The notes under the pieces are model-generated. The model worked only from the letters and a program-made list of their open reading frames with translations. It had not been told where the DNA came from and made no database searches. 40,292 bases of DNA, taken from positions 1 to 40,292 of the forward strand of contig QKFK01000177.1 in the NCBI GenBank assembly GCA_003252195.1, read 5' to 3'. Both the position numbers and the translations under genes were made by a program. The DNA is from Rhodospirillales bacterium. Its GTDB lineage: Bacteria; Pseudomonadota; Alphaproteobacteria; QKFK01; SZUA-500. Shown one piece after another: positions 20,225-29,640 of the stretch; the first letter of the stretch is position 1, and each line of letters opens with the position of its first letter.

Positions 20225-20662
20225 ATGCATAAAAAGCTTTGTTTGCTAAGTTTTATAATGTTTATGCTAGCCAACACAGGCTATTTGCATGCCGAAGACT
20301 CCTTAACAGAGAAAGAAACCAAAGCCTATGCTACAGTTGCAGGGATTGCCCTTGCCTGCAAAGCAAAAAAGCTCCCTGAATATGAATTTATTGTAAATAC
20401 TATAATTAAGGCAAAAGTTAAAACCGATGATGAAGCCAGCAAAGCTATATATGATTATGCCTTTGCAAAAGCTTATGCCTTCAAAAAACAAAAAACAAAA
20501 CCCGCCTCCGACTGTAGAAACAGTGTCGCTAGATTTAATTCTCAGAAAATATTCTCAAGCGTAATACTAAAAGACGGAAGAATAAAAACCCCTGATGGAG
20601 TATGGCACAGACCAACTAAGCCGTATGACGTGCGAACAAACAAAGTTACTCCTAAAAAGTAG
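20225..20662 (+). CDS. Hypothetical exported protein
   Basis: Signal-peptide-like N-terminus (MHKKLCLLSFIMFMLANTGYLHA), basic helical body with two Cys. Start uncertain. Confidence 0.7.
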   Translation: MHKKLCLLSFIMFMLANTGYLHAEDSLTEKETKAYATVAGIALACKAKKLPEYEFIVNTIIKAKVKTDDEASKAIYDYAFAKAYAFKKQKTKPASDCRNSVARFNSQKIFSSVILKDGRIKTPDGVWHRPTKPYDVRTNKVTPKK

Positions 20663-20908
20663 AAAACGCATTACAGCTTTACAAAATACACTACATCACG
20701 TTTCTGTAGCTTACAAAAACAGCATTAACTGCTAAAACATTACCTCGGCAACATAGCTTTGAGGGATTCTTAGCTAATCTAGATTATCCACAGCACGTAC
20801 TTAAGCAAACAAACAACATTAGAGGTAAAACATCACCAATAAAAACACATATGTAATGAACAAAGGCTCCTATTACAACAGTGTTTCGCCACACCAATCC
20901 GCCACGAA

Positions 20909-21535
20909 TTATTCGGGTAGAAAATATTTATAATAAACAAAACCAACTAGCTCGTGCCATTCAAGCTTCAGCATTAGCCATTTATTTATTTTGCTTTTAG
21001 CTGGAATGGGGTTTAATTCTCCACCATATTTACTAAAGCTCATTAACGCACGTGCCATATGATAATCAGATGTAACCAACCCCCACTTGCCATCTTTTAC
21101 CTCTGGATATAATTTAGAAATAAATTTAGCATTCTCATTGGTTGTTTTTGATTCTGTTTCAAAATAGATATTCTCAATACTTATATTATTTTCCACAAAA
21201 TAACGAACAACCCTTTCCTTGTTTCTATATTTACAATTAGGATAACTCGGACAAGCCCCTCCAAAAATAATTTTCTTATTAGGATATTCTTGGTGTATTT
21301 TTATGGATAGCTTAAAGCGTTCATTTATTACGAACACCCCATCATCATTTTCTTCACCAAATGGGCTTATTGCAACTATTCCATCCAAAGAAGCAAGTTC
21401 TTGTGGTGTCTGATGAGAAATGTTTCTGGTTAATGCTTTTAGAATTAACTTATCAAATGGAGTGATAATTATTAATAAGAATATCAACAATAATAATACG
21501 ACAGCGAAAGCACCCAACTTTTTAAACAGTGACAT
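20909..21535 (-). CDS. YdcF/ElyC (DUF218) family protein
   Basis: N-terminal TM, E..SKTTNENA, LVTSDYHMARA, WHELVG..YY. Confidence 0.85.
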   Translation of the reverse strand: MSLFKKLGAFAVVLLLLIFLLIIITPFDKLILKALTRNISHQTPQELASLDGIVAISPFGEENDDGVFVINERFKLSIKIHQEYPNKKIIFGGACPSYPNCKYRNKERVVRYFVENNISIENIYFETESKTTNENAKFISKLYPEVKDGKWGLVTSDYHMARALMSFSKYGGELNPIPAKSKINKWLMLKLEWHELVGFVYYKYFLPE

Positions 21536-21547
21536 AGATATAAACAC

Positions 21548-22387
21548 CTATTTTACAACACCAACACGTATATTAAGCTTGCATCTTGACTTATCAAATA
21601 CAAAGCCGTGCTTACGGAAGTAATATATAACTGACTTAACATGAGCTTTTAACAAAGTGATTTTTTTATGAGAACCTCTTTCCCAGCCATGTTTAACACT
21701 CACATTGGCGATCACAACATTGTCTGCTTGCTCTAACATTCTTCTTGATAAATCTACATCTTCATAATACATAAAGAATTTTTCATCAAACCCACCAACT
21801 TTTTTTAAAACATCTGAACGCATAAACATGAAGCAACCTGAAATATATGGAGCATAATATGGTTCATACGCGTCAGCATATTCTTTTAAAACATGTTCAT
21901 TAACTTTATTTGAGAATATGTTAATCAGCTTAGGAATAAATATGGATGAAAATCTAAGGATAACATCTGTAATTTCAGGCAATTTTCTTGCCACATATTG
22001 TGGAGAACCATCCAAATTACAAATTTTAGGGGAGCTCAAACCAACATTGGTATTAGCTTCCATATAATGGAATATTTGATTTAATTCATCAGAGGCCAAA
22101 ATTACATCCGGATTTAACACCAAATGGTATTTTGAATTATCTGCGTATTTATTGATGGCTATATTGTGCCCATAACCATAACCGCCATTAATAGGAGCTT
22201 TAATATAATCGGCATCAAATTTAGTTAACATATCAGAATAATCAGAGGCAAGTGGAGAGTTGTCAACCAAACATAGTTTAAACTTCAAATCCCCACTAGA
22301 TGCAAAAACCTTTTCTACCAAATCAGAGATAACATCTTTGTCTGTGTTGTATAATACCACTGAAATAGCGACATCAAATTGTGCCAT
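21548..22387 (-). CDS. GT2 glycosyltransferase, probable rhamnosyltransferase (WbbL-like)
   Basis: VVLYN, VDNS, GYGYGHN, LNPDV, SGCFMF, GGFDE.FFMYYED.DL; lies downstream of the rml genes. Confidence 0.88.
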   Translation of the reverse strand: MAQFDVAISVVLYNTDKDVISDLVEKVFASSGDLKFKLCLVDNSPLASDYSDMLTKFDADYIKAPINGGYGYGHNIAINKYADNSKYHLVLNPDVILASDELNQIFHYMEANTNVGLSSPKICNLDGSPQYVARKLPEITDVILRFSSIFIPKLINIFSNKVNEHVLKEYADAYEPYYAPYISGCFMFMRSDVLKKVGGFDEKFFMYYEDVDLSRRMLEQADNVVIANVSVKHGWERGSHKKITLLKAHVKSVIYYFRKHGFVFDKSRCKLNIRVGVVK

Positions 22388-22550
22388 ATATAATTACCTA
22401 ATTAACGATAGTTTTCAGCCTAGCAATAACGAATGTGCACCTTCACAGACCAGAACTATCTATACCTTATTTTTTATATTAAGTTGAACAATCACGTGCA
22501 AAAATAAAACATTATTGCATCATATCAAACTACTTATAACCATTGTATGA

Positions 22551-23547
22551 TTAAACTTTATTTAAATACCATTCAACAGTTTTTAATATACCTGTTTCAA
22601 AATTTTCATCTGGCTTCCAACCAAGTTCTTTTGTTATCTTAGTTGCATCTATGGCATAGCGCTTATCATGCCCTGGCCTATCTTTAACAAAAGTCAGCAA
22701 ATCTTCATGTTTTTTGCCATTAGAACGAGGTTTTAGTTCATCTAAAATTTCGCATATTTTTTTCACTATATAAATATTAGTACGTTCATTATTACCACCG
22801 ATATTATAAGTCTCGCCAGATTTACCATTATGGTAAACAAAATCAATACCCTTACAATGGTCTAATACATATAACCAATCACGAACATTTAAGCCATCAC
22901 CATAAACAGGCAGAGGCTTCTCGTTAGCTGCATTAGAAATAATTTTTGGAATAAGCTTTTCTGGATGTTGCTTAGGACCATAATTATTAGAACAATTACT
23001 TGTGGTTACAATAGGCTCTTACAATAAAATCACTTGATGCTTTTGAGGCTGAATAAGGTGAATTTGGGGCATAAGGAGTTGTTTCCTCAAACAAGCCAGT
23101 TTCACCCAACGTACCATAAACCTCATCAGTTGAAACATGGTGGAAGCGACAATCTTCATAACCTTTTTTATATTCAAAAGGTGCGTCCATCCAATATTTA
23201 CGAGCCGCATCAATTAATGTAAATGTACCCATAACATTAGTTTTAACAAAAGCTTCTGGACCTGTGATTGAATTATCAACGTGGCTCTCAGCGGCAAAGT
23301 GCACAACACCTCTAACATCATGCTCTTGCATCAAATTATCGATTAAAGCTCTATCGCAGATATCACCTTTAACAAACAGATAATTATCTTTGTCTGAGGC
23401 TTCTTTGACATTATCTAAATTAGCAGCATAGGTCATTACATCTAAATTGATAATTTTATAATCTGGGTATTTTTCAACCATGTACGGCACAAAGTTTGAA
23501 CCGATAAAGCCTGCACCACCAGTTACGATTATAGATTTTTTAGACAT
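22551..23547 (-). pseudogene. rmlB: dTDP-glucose 4,6-dehydratase, frameshifted at about 23010
   Basis: 5' half has TGGAGFIGSN, HFAAESHVD, STDEVYG, PNSPYSASK. After VRAY the frame shifts and continues open as [21 protein letters not shown]...RDWLYV.DHC...[12 protein letters not shown]...WYLNKV*. Confidence 0.92.
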
Positions 23548-24362
23548 TCGCTAATTCCTTCTTGCCATGTTTGCAATTCGACTTTTAATTCTCTCGCAGC
23601 CTTTGATGAATCTAAAACTGAATATTTCGGTCTTGCTATCTTACTTGGATAATCTTTATATTCAATAGGGTTTATTTGACATTTAGAGGCTAATATATTT
23701 TGCATCTCTATTGCTAAATCATAAAAAGACAGCTCATTTGATGAACTAAGATTATATATCTCTTTTTTTGCACCGCTTTCTATAAAAGCAATCACTGCTT
23801 CAACTAATCTATCCGCATTAGTCATTGTAACTTTTTGGTCAGTCACTGTATTAATTGCTTCTCGCTCGGTTAAAAGCTTTTTAAACAATTTAACAATGTT
23901 ATTGCCGAATTCAGAATATAAATATGAAGCTCTAAAGATGGCTCCTTTATTTACCAATTCATCAAAAACTTTTTCAGCCTCTTCTTTAGATTTGCCATAT
24001 TCATTTATAGCACCTGTTTTATCATCTTCAGTATAAGGAAATGTTTTTTGACCATCAAAAATATAGTCCGTTGATATATGAATAAGCAAGGCATCAATCT
24101 CATTACATGCAATCGCTAGGTTTTTAACCCCATCAACATTAACCTTAAAACATATTTCTCTATCTTCAGCTTCAGCCTTATCAACATTGGTATAAGCGGC
24201 ACAATTTATCACCACTTCAGGCTTATATTTGCTAAATGTAGCCTTAACCTCTGCAAGATTGGTAATATTACAATCACTTACAGTACAATAAACAGCCTTA
24301 TCGCCCAAATGCTTGGCAAACACCTGACCTAATTGCCCTTCTGCCCCCACAACTAAAAACAT
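23529..24362 (-). CDS. rmlD: dTDP-4-dehydrorhamnose reductase
   Basis: GAEGQLG, NCAAYTNVDKAE, HISTDYIFDG, YGKSK, RPKYSVLD. Confidence 0.94.
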   Translation of the reverse strand: MFLVVGAEGQLGQVFAKHLGDKAVYCTVSDCNITNLAEVKATFSKYKPEVVINCAAYTNVDKAEAEDREICFKVNVDGVKNLAIACNEIDALLIHISTDYIFDGQKTFPYTEDDKTGAINEYGKSKEEAEKVFDELVNKGAIFRASYLYSEFGNNIVKLFKKLLTEREAINTVTDQKVTMTNADRLVEAVIAFIESGAKKEIYNLSSSNELSFYDLAIEMQNILASKCQINPIEYKDYPSKIARPKYSVLDSSKAARELKVELQTWQEGISECLKNL

Positions 24363-24907
24363 GGGTTCTCCTTATATTGGGCAAAGCTTTCTTGCTTTAA
24401 ATCCTTATCAGATATTATAGCCTTTGAAGAATCAATCTGCCAATTAATTGCCAATTCAGCATCATTAAAGAGAATTCCACTATCATCAGCTGGGGAATAA
24501 AAATTATCACATTGATAAGAAAAAATAGCTACATCACTTAAAACAGCAAAACCATGAGCAAAGCCTCGAGGAATAAATAATTGATGATTATTCTCATCGC
24601 TTAATTCTGCAACAACATGCAGGCCAAAGGTTGGTGAGTTAGAACGCAAATCAACTGCCACGTCTAAAACCTTACCTTTAATTACCCTAACTAATTTAGC
24701 CTGAGCGGCATCTCCTTTTTGGAAATGCAGGCCCCTAATCGTGCCAAAGCTAGATAAAGACTGGTTAGATTGCACAAAATCAACATCAATCCCATTATCG
24801 GCAAACAACTTTTTATTATAACTTTCAAAGAAGTATCCTCTTGAATCCTTAAACACTTTAGGTTCAAAAATAATCACATCTTTGATTTCTGTCTTAATAA
24901 AAGGCAT
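24353..24907 (-). CDS. rmlC: dTDP-4-dehydrorhamnose 3,5-epimerase
   Basis: DSRGYFFESY, RGLHFQ, AKLVRV, DVAVDLR..SPTFG, PRGFAHGF. Confidence 0.96.
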   Translation of the reverse strand: MPFIKTEIKDVIIFEPKVFKDSRGYFFESYNKKLFADNGIDVDFVQSNQSLSSFGTIRGLHFQKGDAAQAKLVRVIKGKVLDVAVDLRSNSPTFGLHVVAELSDENNHQLFIPRGFAHGFAVLSDVAIFSYQCDNFYSPADDSGILFNDAELAINWQIDSSKAIISDKDLKQESFAQYKENPCF

Positions 24908-24908
24908 T

Positions 24909-25781
24909 TTATTCCTCTACAACTCTCATAAGGTATTTTTTATAATCAACACCATCTTTTATGGAGTTTATTATTTCAAGCATCTGTTCTTTATTTATAA
25001 ATTTTCTACGATATGCAATCTCTTCCAAACAGGCTATCTTGAGACCTTGTCGTTGCTCGACCATACCAATAAAGTTAGATGATTGCAAAAGTGACTCAGG
25101 CGTTCCTGCATCAAGCCATGCAGTACCACGTTTTAGAGGCATTGCCTTTAATTTGCCAGATTTCAAATACTCAACATTAAGATCTGTAATCTCATATTCG
25201 CCACGCTTAGATGGCTTTAGACCTTTGGCATATTTAACCACATTATTATCATAAAAATACAAACCAACTGCTGCATAATTTGATTTTGGCACAGCTGGTT
25301 TCTCTTCAATTGAGATTACATTAAATTCTTTATCATATTCAATAACGCCAAAACGCTGTGGGTCAACCACATGATAACCAAATATCATCGCACCGTCTTT
25401 TAGCTCATTAGCTTCTTTACGCATCACATCTATCTGATTCCCCAAATAGAAAATATTATCGCCTAAAATAAGAGCTACGGAATCATCGCCAATAAATTCT
25501 TCACCCAAGACAAAAGCCTGAGCAATTCCATTTGGTTTTTCTTGAACTTTATATGAAAGATTAAGCCCTAACTGGCGACCATCTCCAAAAAAACTTTCAA
25601 TACGCGGAGTATCTTCTGGCGTGCTGATAATCAAAATGTCCTTGATATTCATAAGCATTAGAATAGACATCGGATAAGATATCATAGGTTTGTCATAAAC
25701 TGGCAAAAGCTGCTTACACACAATATTGGTTAAAGGATAAAGCCTCGAACCTGACCCGCCTGCTAATACTATTCCCTTCAT
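24909..25781 (-). CDS. rmlA: Glucose-1-phosphate thymidylyltransferase
   Basis: MKGIVLAGGSG.RLYP, KQLLPVYDKPMI, LGDNIF, EEKP, RGEYEITD, WLDAGT. Confidence 0.97.
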   Translation of the reverse strand: MKGIVLAGGSGSRLYPLTNIVCKQLLPVYDKPMISYPMSILMLMNIKDILIISTPEDTPRIESFFGDGRQLGLNLSYKVQEKPNGIAQAFVLGEEFIGDDSVALILGDNIFYLGNQIDVMRKEANELKDGAMIFGYHVVDPQRFGVIEYDKEFNVISIEEKPAVPKSNYAAVGLYFYDNNVVKYAKGLKPSKRGEYEITDLNVEYLKSGKLKAMPLKRGTAWLDAGTPESLLQSSNFIGMVEQRQGLKIACLEEIAYRRKFINKEQMLEIINSIKDGVDYKKYLMRVVEE

Positions 25782-25819
25782 ATAAAAAATCCTTATAAGA
25801 TTAATCCTGCTTTGGCAAA

Positions 25820-25848
25820 AATATACATGTTTAATCGGTATTTATCAA
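25820..25848 (-). promoter_or_regulatory. Putative sigma70 promoter of the rml operon
   Basis: TTGATA-N17-TATATT about 40 nt upstream of rmlA. Confidence 0.55.
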
Positions 25849-25860
25849 TCTCTAAAGCGT

Positions 25861-27144
25861 TTAATTATCAGTCTCTCCCCATAAATCGTACGCATCAGCT
25901 TTGGTGATTTTTACTTTAACTATATCTCCAGGGTTTAACTCCCAACCATCAACATAAACCAAACCATCAATATCTGGAGCATCACCCTTACTTCTGCCCA
26001 CTCCACCATCTGGGGTTGAGGCATCAATAATTACTTCAATAGTTTTACCAACTTTAGCCTGCATTTTTTCTAAGCTAATTTCTTGCTGAACCTGCATAAA
26101 TCTATGCCAACGATCTTCCTTAACTTCCTCTGAGATTTGCTCTTCCCATTCTGAAGCTTCTGCGCCATCTATTTGTTCAAATTTAAAACAACCAACACGA
26201 TCTAATTTTGCCTCTTTTATAAAGCGCAACAACTCTTCAAAATCCTCTTCTGTTTCTTTAGGGAAACCCACAATAAAGCCAGAGCGAATTACTACATCTG
26301 GGCAGATTGAACGCCATTTTTGTATCTTTTTAAGCAAGTCTTCAATCGAGCCAGGGCGTTTCATATTCCTTAAAACATTGGCACTTGCATGCTGCAATGG
26401 CACATCTAAATAAGGCAAGATAACACCTTCAGCCATTAGCTCAACTAGCTCATCAACAATCTTATATGGATATGTGTAGTGAACCCTCACCCACATATCA
26501 AGAGAGCCAAGCTCACGGCACAAATCTACAATGTTTTTATCGCCATCTTTATAAAGACCAGTATCTTGTGCTACAACCAACAGCTCTCTAACACCAGCAT
26601 CTGACAAGTTTCGGGCTTCTTCCATAATATCATCAAAAGAACGATGGGTTATTGGTCCACGCAATTTTGGAATGATGCAATATGTACAAGTGCCAGAACA
26701 ACCTTCACCAATTTTTAAATATGAATAATGAGGCGGGGTTAAATGTAAACCTTCTGGTGAAACATTTGCACCCATAGCATCTGATGACAATGGGACGCAT
26801 GATTTAATTGCTTTTACAACTTCATCATATTTATGAGGGCCAGTAATTGCTGTAACATTCGGAATTTTCGCTCTAATTTTTTCAGGATTTGCTCCCAAAC
26901 AACCAGTCACAATTACCTTTCCATTTGCCTCCATTGCCTCAGCAATAGCGTCTAATGATTCATCAACCGCACTATTTAAGAAACCACATGTATTAACAAT
27001 TACAGCTTCTGCATCTTCATACGAAGGTGCAACCCCATAACCAAGCTTTGCCAATCTTGTCATTATGCGCTCAGAATCCACCAAAGCCTTTGGGCAACCA
27101 AGCGAGACTATTCCAATTAATGGGTTTTTATTTTTTGCCATCAT
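25861..27144 (-). CDS. rimO: Ribosomal protein S12 methylthiotransferase
   Basis: SLGCPKALVDSE, VNTCGF, TGCLG, YLKI.EGC...C..C.IP, HY.YPY, DAPDIDG, C-terminal TRAM domain. Confidence 0.96.
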   Translation of the reverse strand: MMAKNKNPLIGIVSLGCPKALVDSERIMTRLAKLGYGVAPSYEDAEAVIVNTCGFLNSAVDESLDAIAEAMEANGKVIVTGCLGANPEKIRAKIPNVTAITGPHKYDEVVKAIKSCVPLSSDAMGANVSPEGLHLTPPHYSYLKIGEGCSGTCTYCIIPKLRGPITHRSFDDIMEEARNLSDAGVRELLVVAQDTGLYKDGDKNIVDLCRELGSLDMWVRVHYTYPYKIVDELVELMAEGVILPYLDVPLQHASANVLRNMKRPGSIEDLLKKIQKWRSICPDVVIRSGFIVGFPKETEEDFEELLRFIKEAKLDRVGCFKFEQIDGAEASEWEEQISEEVKEDRWHRFMQVQQEISLEKMQAKVGKTIEVIIDASTPDGGVGRSKGDAPDIDGLVYVDGWELNPGDIVKVKITKADAYDLWGETDN

Positions 27145-27158
27145 TTTACTTTCATAAA

Positions 27159-28358
27159 TTATATGTCGTGCGGTTCAAGGGTTATTTCTTTTACATCCTC
27201 ATATGCGAGCTCAACACTCTTTTTCAAGCGTTTTGTATCATCTTTCAATGCGAAATGAACATTTGCCAATATAAAAATTATTGTCGCAACATTAAGTCCG
27301 TTAATACCATATGCCACAGCAGGAATTTCTGCATTATTTGCAGCAACCGTAAAGCCAGCCACTTGCATTAAAAAACCAGCGTTATATTTTAATGTAATTT
27401 TTATAATACGTATAGAGGTACCCACAAAACTCAATTTCTGAGTATTATCACTGATAATTGCATTACTTTGTGCAACTGACCATTTACGCAAGAATTTAGG
27501 AAACGGTCTTTCCCTATATAATATGGGGCGAATAAACACAGGACGGACTTTAAGGGCATATTTTATTAGCTCATGCCTTTTATCAATCACGGCTTGAAGC
27601 ATTCCGCCTAATATGCAGGTAAAATCAATAAACAAGGCGGTTTCATCATATCTTAATCCACTACACAAAACAGCGGAACCTACTCCAAAAAAGATAACCC
27701 CCATAGCAAACGGGTCGGTAACTATTAGCTTTATCATGCCGTGATAATATTTTAAGCGACTTTTTATCTTTTTGCGAATTACATAAAGGCGTCTAACCAA
27801 ATTAACATTTGGTTCTGCCTCAGCTAATTTACTAACATCATTATCTGGCAATTTCTTTTTCATAAATGGAGCTAATGCCAATGCCATATATGCCAGAATT
27901 AAAAAGATACTACCATAAAAGATAAAGTCTAAATCTCTTAAATACCCATCTATACCCTTCATAACGCAGGCCAATGTCATAATAAATTTGCCCAACGAGG
28001 TAATAGATAAAAACTTTTCCAAATTACCAAAATCAAACTGATATTCATTACCCTTCTTTTTAGCCCTTAGAGAGTATAAAGAAGAATTCCATGTAGGATG
28101 ATATTTACGGCGAAATTTTTTAATCTCAGCTTCTGCTTCTTGCATGATATCAATAACGCCACCAACAACAAAAAATATTACAGCAAACCAGCCTACTGGA
28201 GACGGAGATAATGCCAAAACAGCGCCACTTATAGCCATAAAAAAACTACCCGTAGTCACAAAATTCTGCGGGGAAAAAAGTTTTTTAACAGAGATTGTAA
28301 AATACGCCATCCACCTTGCTATATATGGCAGCGATTTATCTTGTTTTTTATTCGGCAT
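27159..28358 (-). CDS. Hypothetical multi-pass membrane protein (about 8 TM in four hairpins)
   Basis: 399-aa ORF with AAGGA RBS; four pairs of hydrophobic segments separated by K/R-rich loops. Confidence 0.75.
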   Translation of the reverse strand: MPNKKQDKSLPYIARWMAYFTISVKKLFSPQNFVTTGSFFMAISGAVLALSPSPVGWFAVIFFVVGGVIDIMQEAEAEIKKFRRKYHPTWNSSLYSLRAKKKGNEYQFDFGNLEKFLSITSLGKFIMTLACVMKGIDGYLRDLDFIFYGSIFLILAYMALALAPFMKKKLPDNDVSKLAEAEPNVNLVRRLYVIRKKIKSRLKYYHGMIKLIVTDPFAMGVIFFGVGSAVLCSGLRYDETALFIDFTCILGGMLQAVIDKRHELIKYALKVRPVFIRPILYRERPFPKFLRKWSVAQSNAIISDNTQKLSFVGTSIRIIKITLKYNAGFLMQVAGFTVAANNAEIPAVAYGINGLNVATIIFILANVHFALKDDTKRLKKSVELAYEDVKEITLEPHDI

Positions 28359-28524
28359 TTATATCCTTAAATAACGCTCATTATTTTTTATTGAAATTAT
28401 AGGAAACAAGCTGTTTTTGTAAAGATAAAACTTGTTTTGCACAAAATGCCCGCAAGATATATGGAAATTATATTTTTTAAATGATATAAAAGCTTGGGCT
28501 TAATAATAATTATGATGAATTATC

Positions 28525-29640
28525 ATGGAAAACCAAAAAGAAGCAATTATCACTCAAGAATCACGATACCATCTATGGTTAATACCCGTATTATTATGGG
28601 CGATTGCGCTTACCATGACTACTGCTTATTATTATTCTGCCACCAAAAACAAGGTCTACGACTACTACAAAGAATCCTATAATTTTGTTGCTGCCGATTT
28701 AAAGAAAAACATAGAAAAAGAGTTAGTCTCTGGGTTTAAATTATATGGCTTATCTAAAGCCCAACAAATTATAAAAAGTTCACTATCTTTGAGCTCTCAT
28801 ATAAGCAATGTAAGCTTATACAGCCTTGAAGCAATGCAGGTTATTTTTAGCACCAAAGAAGACAACATTGGCGCACGACTTCGCCATGACTGGCTAAAAG
28901 ATGGCGAACAATTTGTTTTTAATGATGCTAATAGCGCACAAATTATCACCCCTATAACCAATGTTTTAGGCGAACATGTTGGTGGATTATTGTTAGATTA
29001 TAACTTTGCTCCAGCAACCAAAGTTGTAAATGAAGCTCTATCATCAATTCTTAAAGAGGCAGTTGTTTATTTTACATTCGGCATTGGTATATTTTTAATT
29101 ATATATTACTTGTTCTTTAGCTATAATCTGATTGAAATTACTCGCCCTGCCATAGAAAAACTCCGTTCTGTTAACAAGTTCACCCTCGGCAAACCAGCAT
29201 TAGGGCTATTATTAAACGCTATAATTATTTGTGGCGGCGGATATTTGTTTAACTGTGATTTAGAAGCAAAATACAGCGGTAACATGACCCCTATCGTAAA
29301 TGACAGAGGCAAAATGCTATCATTATGGAGTGCCCGCAAAATTGAAAGCATGGTAAATTTAAACATTCCTTTTTCTGTAATTGGCGATGTTGAAGATTTA
29401 TTTAACATGCTCATGCAAAACAATTCAGAAATAAGCTATATTCTAGTAACCGATAATGTTGGGCATGTAATATATAAAGCAGGCGACCCCGCTAAAGCTT
29501 TTACAGAAAAAGATGGCAAAACCATATTAGTTGAAGGCTATAACAACCTTACTGAACAAGTACGTCGCAATGCTACAGAAGGTGTGGGCTGGGTTCAACT
29601 AGGATTGCATATTGATGGATTAATCGGAGGCAAAAAATGA
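28525..29640 (+). CDS. Hypothetical membrane protein with two similar Cache/PAS-like periplasmic domains
   Basis: Three hydrophobic segments; two repeats (IEKELVSGFKL...ISNVSLYS...VIFST...VGGLLLDY and IESMVNLNIPF...ISYILVTD...VIYKA...VGWVQLGL). Confidence 0.65.
   Translation: MENQKEAIITQESRYHLWLIPVLLWAIALTMTTAYYYSATKNKVYDYYKESYNFVAADLKKNIEKELVSGFKLYGLSKAQQIIKSSLSLSSHISNVSLYSLEAMQVIFSTKEDNIGARLRHDWLKDGEQFVFNDANSAQIITPITNVLGEHVGGLLLDYNFAPATKVVNEALSSILKEAVVYFTFGIGIFLIIYYLFFSYNLIEITRPAIEKLRSVNKFTLGKPALGLLLNAIIICGGGYLFNCDLEAKYSGNMTPIVNDRGKMLSLWSARKIESMVNLNIPFSVIGDVEDLFNMLMQNNSEISYILVTDNVGHVIYKAGDPAKAFTEKDGKTILVEGYNNLTEQVRRNATEGVGWVQLGLHIDGLIGGKK

Noticed and set aside
20784-20792. Perfect DnaA box TTATCCACA in an intergenic region
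   Set aside because: Single box between convergent genes, with no cluster and no origin-associated genes.
22406-22462. Possible leader hairpin upstream of the GT2 gene (GATAGTT...AACTATC)
   Set aside because: Only a 7-bp perfect stem, the rest relies on many G-U pairs, and it matches no riboswitch I recognise.
22530-22550. Sequence after the rmlB stop (minus strand TCATACAATGGTTATAA) loosely resembles codons for the missing HTYGxN segment
   Set aside because: Inserting it does not restore the frame or the motif; most likely chance similarity.
22551-22766. 71-aa ORF listed as a separate gene
   Set aside because: It is the C-terminal part of the frameshifted rmlB.
505-23025. Programmed ribosomal frameshifting as an explanation for the split deoA paralog and rmlB
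   Set aside because: Conserved residues are physically missing at both junctions and there is no slippery heptamer, so recoding would not restore the proteins.
26533-26572. RimO loop after AQDT is shorter than in E. coli, a possible fourth deletion
   Set aside because: This loop varies in length among RimO proteins, so it cannot be called a lesion without an alignment.
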